A DNA stretch of 64,000 nt from contig MU053557.1 in NCBI GenBank assembly GCA_013239625.1, positions 4,060,123 to 4,124,122 on the forward strand. The letters are read 5' to 3'. The first letter of the stretch is position 1, and each line of letters opens with the position of its first letter. The notes below the pieces were generated by a model. That model was not told where the DNA came from. It saw only the letters and a list, made by a program, of their open reading frames with translations, and did no database searches. The stretch comes from Lama guanicoe (taxonomy: Eukaryota). Below, one piece after another: positions 53,029 to 64,000 of the stretch. Both the position numbers and the translations under genes were made by a program.

Positions 53029-54474
53029 TAAATCCACCCTCTCTGTAGTTTAAGACATGGAGCTAGCCTCAAGTTGAAGCATCATCAACTTTAACTTTCT
53101 TGTTCTATTGGTGCTGAGAAAAATGATAATGATCCCTAAGGGATTAGAAGACAGGCTTCCTGCTCTTTCTAGTGCACCAGTGGTTCTCAATCCTGCTGTA
53201 CAGTAGAGCTCCTAAAACATATGCATTTCTGGTCCCCAACTAGACCAATTAAAATAGAATCTCTACACGTGGAACCCAGGATCTCCCAGATGACTCCAGT
53301 GTGTAGCCAGGGTCAAGGCATCACACTGCCTCCATCCTTGACCTCTGATAAACCACCTTGAGCACCTCTGGAGCTGGGTATGGTTTGTGGTTTGTCCTGC
53401 AGGGTGGTATGCACAGTGGGGACCAACCAATCTCAGGGGGCTGGTACCCAGACCCTGAACACTCTAAGAACAAGAGCACCCGCAGAGCAGAGGGGGAGAG
53501 AAATACACACAGAATGTGCCCAACTTGTTTAACACGGTTAACATTTTATGTAGGGTCAGAAAAATGCCTGCAGGTAATTTAAAAGCCAGAAGGCATATTC
53601 AAAATAACAGACCCAACTGTTCAGCACAGGGCATGATGTACCCAGGAAACAAATCCTGTCTCATATTGCTGAAACAATTATTTATAAACAGTGTGGTTAA
53701 TTTAATTTCATTCATTTCTGGCTTTTCTTCTAGCAGAGGGACATTCCTTGTTTAAGGAGCAGTGTTTAGAACATAGAACTTTCTGTTGACTCATTTCTTA
53801 AGAAATGCTTTATCAGGAAGCTGAGAAAATAACTGGAGATGTCATTTGTTTATGAACAATGTTCTATCTACAAGTATAATAACAACACAGCAGCTTCTGT
53901 TCATGAAGCACTTTCTGTGTGACAGGAACTGGGCTCAGCTCTGCACACATGTTATCATGTTTAACCTTAACAGAAGCCTTAGAAGATGGGTTCTAATACT
54001 ATCCACACTTTACAGGTGAGGAAACAGAGCCCTAGAGATGTTTGGTCATTGTTAAAGATTATATTGGTGGTAAACGACAGATCTTGGACAAGACGGACAC
54101 CCACGTGTGCCTGACTGGAGCCCCTGCAGCCAGTAGGCTGCACTGGGTGCAATAACCCTCTGGTTACACACCAAAGTTCACCTTCCTCTGAGCCAAAGGT
54201 GGGAACTTTTCCTTGACAACATGTCTCCGTGGAAGGGATAATGTTTATGCTTCAGTACTTTGGCCCAGAAGTGGGCATCCTAGAAGGCAGCCTACGCCAC
54301 GTGATTACTAAACTTCTGCGAGTACATTCTGCAAATAGCACCAACTTTTCTAACCCTGAGTATTTGATGAGGCAAGTGGAGCTCTTCTGATGTTATTCTC
54401 ACTGCTTTCCTGGTGTGATCTCAACAAGAACACTATTTTGTGAGAGCTGCTCAATGCTGGGATCAGGGCAGGAC

Positions 54475-55613
54475 TGGGGACAGCTTCATGACTGTGTGAC
54501 CAGAGCAGTCATCACAAGGGAATCTAGAGTTTGGTGTGAAGTTCTGCTTGCTCTCATCTCGAAATCCTTGATAACTTCATCTTTGAACTTGTGAAGCCTG
54601 AGGGACAATGGAGCAGGCATGTAAGCAGAGGCAGTGCGTGCAGTATGTGTGTTCACCATAGTTCTTTGCTGCCCATGGCATTAGTGATGCTCTGGAAGCA
54701 CAGAATTCTGGGGTAACATCAGAATCTCAAATCGTAGAGTTTAACAAGACTCAAAGCAAATACAATGTAAACACATAGTGTATGTGAACCATTTTCCTTT
54801 CTTCTATCGTCTGTCAGCAGCTTCTGTAACATGCTTACCCTGTATTTGCTGACTCTTGCTGGATTCCCACAGATCATGGGTCCACTACAATTCTACATTC
54901 ATGCTCCTATCTACACGTCTATGGCTGAGCAAGAGGGATTGCTGATGGCCCTAAGAGTCCATGTTTTCCATCTGAACTAGAACTTGCCAGATGCAGAAAG
55001 AAGGCAGTAATTTCTTAAAATAAAAGGAACTGTCAAGATATCCTATCATGTCTTTTCTCACTTGTGTCCTTCCCTGTATTAGCCAAGCACTTACATTGAA
55101 AATACTGACACAGAAAGAAAGGATAAGGTAGACCAAATCATGGTTCTTTTTCCTTCCATCCTTCTTTACTCCTCAGTAAACCAAAGGGAGAGTGTTAGAA
55201 TATGTGTGTATCAAGAAGTGAAATAAAAACAGTTGCATTAGTTTTGTGCATTGTCTGGTGAAAATAAAATACATAAGCACATCTGAACTACAAAATAGGA
55301 TTTGTATAATTTGTGTAATTTTAGTGATTCCACATACAAGTTAAATGCTCTTATTTTTGCATTTAAAACTGTCATTGCACAATATAAAGACGAATGGTAA
55401 ATTTTCTGCTAGTAATTTAAAATTGTATTTTGTTTTTCCAGTAGAGAAAAGGTAAATTGCAAACAGAATACATATGACAAGTTGAAAGACTACAGATGAA
55501 CGAAAAAGGATTTACATTTTAATATCTTTTAAGGAAAATTGTTCCTGGCCTTTGAACCAGGGGCCCCACTTTTTCATTATGTGTCGGGGCTGCAAATTAT
55601 GTAGTCAGCCCCA
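54475..55613 (+). mobile_element. MER45B/R-like hAT-Tip100 DNA transposon relic
   Basis: 5' end gcttcatgactgtgtgacc...gcagtca and 3' end tttgaaccagggggcccc...ttttcatt...gcaaattatgtag match MER45 termini as recalled. Confidence 0.7.
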
Positions 55614-58478
55614 GAGGAGGCTGGGGAAGAGAAGGCAAGGTCACCACCATCCATCTTTGATTCACCCAGATTAAGACTACTTTGGCTCAAAACAATGAGG
55701 TAAATGATGAATCCAATTGCAGCCTCCAAAGTTCAAGGTAAAGGCCAAAAAATGGCTTTTAAATGTCAAACAACTTTACAACATTAGCAGAAAACTTTGA
55801 GGATCCAAAGTAAATCAAACCTAAATTATTTTCTCATTCATGGTTAATCTTCCAATCCACTGTGTGAAAACCTTTATTTAAACGGCGAATTCTGGTGGGT
55901 TGAAATTAAAAGTTGGCAAGTGGCTTCACAGTGGAAAAACAACTAACTATTCCAGTTATGGAACTGACAATTTTTTTTTAAAGTGATGAACATTTATTTG
56001 AGTAAATACAGTCCACAGGAACGACAGGGTCTGGGTAGGGTCTGCTAAGGGCATCCATTCATTCATTCAACAAATAACATTTACTGAGCAAAATACTACA
56101 CCCTGGGGAAATTCATGAGGATAGAACGATTGTTATCTGCCCTCAGGGACTGACAGTCTGACATGGGAGACAGACAACAGAGAAGTAAACAAAAAATAAA
56201 TACAGTTATAAGTTCTGATTAAAACAAGAGGCAATAATGAACTGAAAGGAAATTTTTTGCTTCTACTGTTTTTTTTTTTTTTGGAAAACCTCATTCTCTT
56301 TGCCTGTTTCTCACTTTCACTTTTTGTCTACCCTCATAAATTTCTCCTTTATTAAGTCCATCTATAAATATGAATATAGTAATCTTGTGCATGGAAATGC
56401 CAAAGACGTACATAGCCCATCCACTAGAATCAGTTTATTTGTTATTGAGTTTTGGTGGATAATAAGAGTTAATAAGTCTGATAGAAAATACATATTGCCT
56501 TCTTCCAGAGAGGGACTCAAATTGCTTTAGAGCTGTTTTGTCCATTAGAACTTTTTATGATGAATAAAATATTCTACATTTGCACTGTCTAATCAAGTAG
56601 CCACTTACAATATATAGCTACTGAGCTCTGGGAATGTGGCTAGTGGTCCCTCTATAGGACACCACAGGTCTACAGACCTCCAGGTCAATGGAAAACCTGT
56701 TTATCAGGGGGATTGTGGGTGGATAACAGAGGATGATAACCAAGAGCCCAGTCAGATAGGTAAGAAGTTCTTAGGAAAGTGCTTGCAGAATTTCTCAGCC
56801 TTCTCAGGAATCAGGTGAGTGACCTAGGTTTGAGCAAGATTTAAACTTGGAAAAGCAGGGAAGATATCATAGACTGGCATGAGCAGAGAAACCCATCTTC
56901 AAAGCTAAATTCTGCAGGCAATCTCTGCTTGTGTTACCTAACTTATAAATAGTCTGCTTTTATAACATAATTATCTCTCCCGTGAGGACAGAGCTTTGCA
57001 GTTAGCAAAGTAATTTCACATCCATTATCTTGTTTGACTTTCACAGTGAGGTAGTGACATAGGCAGGATGGGAATTATTTACCCAGGAAGGCAAAACTGG
57101 TATCCTTAGTAGATTTCAAGCAGAGAAAATCTGTGTTCTAAAACGATCGTCAGCACCCCAAGTCCATACCCTGCCTTGGATCATCTGGGCTAATCAGCAT
57201 AGAGACAGCTAAACAGGAGAGAGGTTGGGCCAGAAGAGAAGGAACAGAAGAATTCCTTCATTCCCTTGTCAAGTCTCACAATGTTCCAGGCACTTCACTA
57301 GGCTCTGAGGACAGAGCAATGAACAAGACTGGCAAAATCCTTGGCGTTTCCCCAATGAACAAAGAACTCCAGAATCAGAGCCCCAAAGAACCCCCAAATC
57401 AAGCCCATATGACCTTCTCCTATCACCTGTCACCCATGTGACTACGTGTGGTCACGGTCTATGTGTTCACACTATGCCTCCCAAGTAGGGATCATCACTT
57501 GGCTTGAAGAATGACTGAGCTGAGGTAAGCTTCCAAAGGAAAGTTCTCCCATATTTTACTAGTTAATATCAGATAAAACTGTTACCTTTTAAGAGACTCT
57601 AAAAGACCTAAGAATTATAAAATGTGTAATAACTCAAAAGCACAATCAATGACAACACACACTGGACTGTTTCAATCCATGAACGTCCAAGACTGTGATT
57701 CTCAAAGTTTAATATCCATTAGAATCATCTTGCCAAAAACGTCATTTCCTAAACCAGCCCTGATTCAGTGAATGGGATCTAGAAGAGTGTGTTTTCACTA
57801 AACTTCCAAGTGATTCTAACACAGGTGGTCTGCTGAACCACCATGCCGTGAAGGAAAAATGATCAAGAAAAGTAAAACTAAAGGCTTCAAATAAGGAGAC
57901 ATAATCATGTTCTCAAACTTTCAGCGACATTGCAGGTAGAGTAAAGGAAGAAACTGGGATATTTAGACTGTAAAGAAAAGCCTTAGATGGGACACATAAC
58001 TAAAATGTACAGAAAGGGTCATTTCAACAAAAGAGAAATGACCTAGTTTTCTTTTGCTCCAGGCAGAACTAGAGCCAGTGGATAGAAGTCATAGGGATTG
58101 AGACTTCAACTCAATGTAAGAAAGACCTTTTCGACTCTGGAGCTTCCCAACCATTGAGCAGGCTTATTGAGTAAGCAGTAAATCAGCTTCTCTCACTGCA
58201 GAAGTTCAAGCAGAGATTAAATGACCATCATCAGTGATGACAGGAAAACTGTTGGCTATGCAGCAATCCCTCCAGCTCCTGTTAAACCTTGTGCATGACC
58301 CCTGCCATGTCCATTGTACTGAGATTAGTTGTTTATGTGCCTCTTTCATCAGGCTCTGAGCTCAGGGGAACATCACCTCTAATTCACCTTTTTATTTACC
58401 AGCTCATACACAGTGCCTGGCACATTAGGTGCTCAGTCCATGATTACTGTGAATCAAACTCAGAACCTAATATATCAA

Positions 58479-58606
58479 CCTATAATGGAAAAGAATCTGA
58501 AAAAGAATACACACACACACGCACACACGTGTAACTGAATCACTTTGCTGTACAGCTGAAACTAACACTATATTGTAAATCAACTATACGTCAACTAAGA
58601 AAAAAG
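58479..58606 (+). mobile_element. Extreme 3' fragment of an artiodactyl-type L1 with 17-bp TSD
   Basis: cctataatggaaaagaatctgaaaaagaata...taactgaatcactttgctgtaca...gtaaatcaactata; agaacctaata(t/c)atcaa at 58462-58478 and 58607-58623. Confidence 0.85.
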
Positions 58607-59032
58607 AGAACCTAATACATCAAGTTCCAGCACATTGCAAACCTGGACTTCTAATGAATTTCTGTAACTTCAAAGAAAAACATGGATTTCACAGAATCTC
58701 TTCTGCTATCCACCATGGACTCTTAGCAATATTCCTATTCTTCTCCTTCAGTAAAGTTTAAAGGATTCTTTCACAAAGGTTTTATACTTTTCTTTTACTT
58801 TAAAAAAAAGTAATTTTAGTTACTGATTCTGTGGGCAGTAGTGTTTTTTCTAATTTGTTATTTCTAGTATGTAGGAGTCACTGAAAATCAAGTCTTATCT
58901 AATATCTGGACATCTCTGTGAAATGTCTTAGTTTTCAAGGCATTAGTAAATTTTAGTAAATTTTCAAGATCCATTATAAATAGTGACAGGTTTGCTCTTG
59001 TTTATTTTTTAATTTTTGAACATTTTAAAAAC

Positions 59033-59501
59033 ATTTTTTAAAATTTGAAGTATAGTTGATATATATATAAAACACGTATAAGAATGTATGTGTATATATA
59101 TGTGTGTGTACATATATATATTCTTTTTCAGATTATTTTCCATTATAGGTTATTACAAGATATTGAGTCTAGTTCCCTGTGCTATTCATTAGGTCCTGGT
59201 TGGTTATCTGTTTTATACACAGTAGTGTACATATGTTAATATCAAACTCCTAATTTATCCCTCCCCCAACCCTTTCCCCCTTGGTAACTATAAATTTATT
59301 TTCTATGCCTGTGAATCTATTTCTGTTTTGTAAATAAGTTCCTTTGTATCATTTTTTTTAGATTCCACACATAAGCATTATCGTATGATATTTGTCTTTC
59401 TTAGTATGACTTATTTCACTTAGTATGATAATCTCTGGGTCCATCCATGCTGCTGCAAATAGCTTTATTTCATTATTTTTTGTGGCTGAGTAATATTCTA
59501 T

Positions 59502-59533
<32 letters not shown>

Positions 59534-59580
59534 CACACCATATGTTCTTTATCCATTCATCTATTGATGGACACTTAGGT
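59033..59580 (-). mobile_element. 5'-truncated artiodactyl-type L1 (ORF2 C-terminus plus 3'UTR)
   Basis: ORF 59358..59615 contains PKCPSIDEWIK...EYYSA.K.NE...AAAWMD.E.IILSE, an L1 ORF2 C-terminal motif. Confidence 0.9.
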
Positions 59581-61359
59581 AACCTAAATGCCCTAAATGC
59601 TCTTTTTTTCCCCACTAATTTTTATACCTCATGTTTCTTCTTTTTGTCATTTGGATTTTGTACATACAATGCTGAACAGTAGAGGTGACAAGGCATCCTT
59701 GTCTTATTCCTGATTTGAGTAGAAATGTAGCCAATGTTTTCTCATTAGATTATTTCTTCCCTTTTCTGCTGTTATGTTTGATGTGAGTTTCCTAGAGTGG
59801 CGCAAGTGACTTCTGTAAGATTAAGAGATATTGGCAGATGCGGACAACACATTTACAGAATCAGGCTGTGACAAGGAGAGAGAAGCTGGCTCCATATTCA
59901 CTGAGAATCAGTTCACACACAGGATGAAGCTGTTAGAATCCATTGCACATGCTGACATTATGCTTCTTTCTTATATATGTGTGCATACAAGTTAAAGTTG
60001 CCCCAAGAAAAATTTATGACAATGATTCATATTTGGAAACTATTTTTTAATGGCTATGTAATGTAATATCTGGACAAACTATTTCATCAACCAATCAAAT
60101 GGTACCTTCACTTCTGTTTCGATTGTGGACTGGACATTCCCCCAAAAGACAACTAACTATCCAACAGAAAACAACCAAACACAACTGCAGGCATCTCTGC
60201 CACTATGTACATCAGCTCCTACAATCTGAGTGATCAAAGTCCTCTAAAAATGTCTTGCAAAAGCATATTTTATTTCATTGGCTACCCATTTGCTTGTTTA
60301 ATAATAAAATTGTAAGTCAAAGGGCTATGAGGATAGGGCCAAGCACTGTAAATATACTATTCTAAACCACTGAAGCAAGACTGGCTCATTTTTAATTCAA
60401 TGTGGAAAAATACAATTTCATTTTCTCAAGAACATTGTAAGAGAAAAAAATCCCACAGTCTCAGTGTGCTGCCATGATCTGGCTCTCCCCAATGTGACTC
60501 TTGGTTTGTAGACTATACTTTTTAGAGTCTCAGGGAAGATTATTTTAAAAAGTAGATAATTTTCATTTTGAGCATTTGAATCCTTCATAAACCTGAAGAT
60601 AATCATGAAGATATTTCACCAGCAAAAATGTGCTGATCATGTGATTAGCCGCTATTTTGCAGACACTACGTGAGGGACTATTTGGTACATAAAGAAGAGA
60701 AAGTCATCATTTCTACCAAGGAATAATTGGCCTTATAGGAATTAAATGAGGAATTCTGTACTCTAAAGCAGCAAAATGCCATGAAAAATAGTACTGTAAA
60801 CAGGCCATTGCCATTCAGAGGAAGTAGAAAAGAACAGATGACCCAAGTGAGAAAATGTGAAAACAGTGTTTTCTATAGAAGGAAGAGTTTAATATCAATC
60901 CTAAGGTGAGCTTCTATTAAACTGATTATTTCTTTGAATAGTCAGTGAACACCCAAGGATAGGAGTCAACATGAAATTACTAAGAATAGTCCCATCTGAT
61001 TTAACCTTAGTTCCTTTTTAGAAAAGAAATTTAAAATGACTTAGATTTGAACAAGTTACTGATCTTCACAGTTTGTAGATAAGACAGAGAAAATGAGCAG
61101 GATGGTAAAGTTGACAGACTGATAAATTTCCTACCAAATGTATCCAAAGAGTCAAAATAAACATGAGAAGTGGTAACCCTAACCCTGACTCTAAGTGGGC
61201 TGGACAAGATTGAGCTCTGTGATTAACGTTTTGCCCCTATGGCTGAATTTTACATTACTTTGATTTAACTCCATATTTTCAATATCAGCTAATTGGTTTT
61301 CCTTTTTAAAAATCTTTAGGTCTGCCTTCTAATGTTAGTTTTCCCTCGGAGCCACAAAA

Positions 61360-61840
61360 AGTGTCTGGTTTTAGGCACACAGTATAGGTGATGGTTCTAC
61401 TTATGGAGATAGGGAAGACTTAGGAAGTTTGTGGTTGGGGTGCAGAATATGGAACTCTGTTTTGGATGCACTAAATTTGACGTTCCAAAGAGGCACTAAA
61501 TGGAGTTGTCAAAGAAGCAAATTAGATCTGGTGGTCTGGAGCTCAGAGGACAGCTATGACCTGGAGATACTAATTAAAGAGAGTTGATACCATGATGACT
61601 GTTTTAAAGCTACTGATGATTAAGACACACAAAGTGAAAATGTAATTTGACAAGAGTATCAGGGACAAAGTCCCAGAGAACTCCAACATTCAGAGGCCAG
61701 ATAGAGGAGAAAGAACCTGTAAAGGATACTAAGAAAGAGCTCTAGTGAATTAGGAGGAAAACCGGACAAGTATGGTGTCTAGGAAAATTAATGTGGGAAA
61801 TATTTCAAGAAGGAAGGTGGGTCAATTTTAAGAGGTCAAA
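61360..61840 (-). mobile_element. L2 LINE fragment
   Basis: gttttggatgcactaaatttga...gtctggagctcagagga...ctggagatac...aactccaacatt, typical antisense L2. Confidence 0.65.
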
Positions 61841-61869
61841 TAAGAAAAGTGTTCTCAAAGTTTGAAACT

Positions 61870-62730
61870 TCTATAAGGCAAAAGTTAACCAAAGTTCAAA
61901 ACCAAGCAGAAGATGGGGAAATGTACTTGCAAATTATATAACAAAGGATTAATATTCAGAATAAAATAAAGAACAACTAGAAATTAATCAGAAAAATAAA
62001 ACAAAGTTGTCAGATAAAGCACCAAACATATGAAGGTGAAGTCAATAACAATTTAAAAGAGGTTCAATCTATCAATTCATCTGGAAAATGCAAATTAAAT
62101 GAAAGAGCATATTTTAAATTAGCATATTAATAGAAGATGCATAATATCCAGTGTTGGTGAGGGGAAAAAGTAGCAGACACTCTCACACCCTGCTGATGAG
62201 AATGCAAATCGTTATGGTGCTCTGGGAGGTCAATTTTACGGTAAACATAACATTTTTAAATGCACATACATGTCAACAGAGCAATTTCACTTTGGGTAGC
62301 TATTTGAAAGAAACACTGGCATAAGCACAATGAAATGTGTTCCAGGGTATTAAAAATAGTGCAGTATGTAATAGCAAAAGATTGGAGACACCTACATACC
62401 CACAAATGGGAAATAATTAAATACATTTTAATATGTATTTTTAATATGTATTTTTAGTACAGAAGATTATGGAACAGTTAAAAAGAATGAGTTAGATCTA
62501 TATGTTCTAAGGTGGGATGATCTCTAAAACGCATGTTAGGGATAAAAAGCAAGGTGCAGAAAGTACATAGAGAATGGCCTTGTTTAAGTAAAATAAAAGG
62601 AGAAAAACTACGAATTTTAATGTTTTTATGAATGTTTGTAAGTGCACAGAAAAGATCACCAGATAAATAGTAATTGTTGTTTCTCAAGGGTAGGGCTAGA
62701 AGGATAAAAGCTAATTTTACTTTTCATTGT
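61870..62730 (+). mobile_element. Old L1ME-like ORF2 end / 3'UTR fragment
   Basis: aaaatgcaaattaaa...cagtgttggtgaggg...gcaatttcactttggg...gtaatagcaaaagattgga...ttaaaaagaatgag. Confidence 0.7.
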
Positions 62731-64000
62731 TTTGGTTTTATATTTAATTATTTCATCTGAATTTGTTGATGTCCTATTTGTGGGATTTTTAAGAAAGACA
62801 AATTTTTCTTAGATTGTTTTAGATTATAACAATTTGATCTAAAGGATTAATTTTATAATGTATTAATTTATTCATCAAGAGTTTAAGTTCCTATGATACA
62901 TCGGGCAACATAGTGGATATTTGTTACACAGCAATGAAAAAAACAGGCAGGATTCCTGCCCTTGCAAGGCTAACGCTCTACTGGATACAGGGTTTAAACA
63001 GTTTTCTCTTCTCTCTATAGGCTACTCCCACTCTTACATGATTTTTTGGCCCACAGAACAATACCTCAGACCAACTTCTTGCACTTTTTATGATCCCAGG
63101 AAAAAGTAAATGTAAGGAATAGAGTATGGAGAGTCACATAAGCCATCTCTAAACTGCTACCTCTGCTTAACAATTCATGTTGCAGGTTTCCAAAAGCAAC
63201 AGGGATAAAACAGTACAGTATTAGTAAAATAGATCTCATAGGCTGCCCTAGAAACCCTGAACTCTTTCTATGACTATTTTTATGGGAAAACGCACCCAGT
63301 TCTAAACAACTGACTTAGTGAGTGCAGCACTGCTGGAGCATACTCTGGTTGTAAGTAGTTGACAGCCTGTACTCAGGCTACTGCTGAGCTTAAATAGCTA
63401 AAAACTACCTGGCACCCACACAGAAGTTCTTGTACACACATTTTACTTAACCGTTGGATCCTTTCTGTGACACTCATTAAGGCATAATAATTAAGAAAGA
63501 ATACCGGCCTACAGGAGTGTCCTCTGAGGTCCTTCTACCAGCTAGAATCTCAACACCATACTAGGCTTTAGCTACAAGACAGCCCACACTGACAGCAGAA
63601 AACTGAATTCATGCTTCTGAGCAGCCTCTGAGACAAAGCACTTATATATTTCATGACAATTCCTATTTTTTTCTTCTCCTTTCCTTATACCTACAAATGA
63701 AAAGGCCCCAATTTTCAGTTGCCAGAACAGGTGAATACTGTCATTATCAGAAAAATTAAATGCTTGTCTCAAAGAAGGAACTGTTTGGAAATTTCGGTGC
63801 CTCTCAGGACAAAGGAAAAAACATCATTGATAATTCGTCTTTGCTACAGGATGAATTTATTTATCATACATGGCTTTTTACAGCTGAGAACAACTCTAAG
63901 CCAGGGTAGAAAGAAAATTTTCAGGGCTCGAAAAGAGGCATCATACCTAGCTGCTGAAATTCAACTCCAAAGTTACTCCCACCTCCATCAACCTCTGTGA

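Noticed and set aside
46200..64000. HTR4 transmembrane or common exons
   Set aside because: No GPCR-like translation seen; the common last exon must lie beyond the window end.

Overview
This is mammalian genomic DNA, not microbial; the L1 3'UTR style and lack of ruminant, pig, primate, rodent or carnivore SINEs suggest a camelid-like cetartiodactyl (inference). Bases 1-8.4 kb hold the last seven coding exons and 3'UTR of FBXO38 (+). The rest is the 3' part of HTR4 (serotonin 5-HT4 receptor, -), tail-to-tail with FBXO38. Only the alternative C-terminal exons of HTR4 are in the window: b (45070), a frameshifted c homologue (43392), a d-like site lacking its AG acceptor (38737), the nested g/e/f cassette (28373) and a (17391). 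The most unusual feature is a 209-bp, about 94% identical copy of exon a lying 1863 bp downstream (15325-15533). It keeps an AG, the frame and the stop, but changes the C-terminal PDZ ligand from ESCF to GSSC. It has also lost all five sense-strand ATGs, has templated inverted repeats at its breakpoint, and is followed by a strong cryptic exon and a 56-codon ORF. The remainder is intron/intergenic DNA with ancient repeats and microsatellites. Repeat family names come from recalled consensus sequences, not a search.
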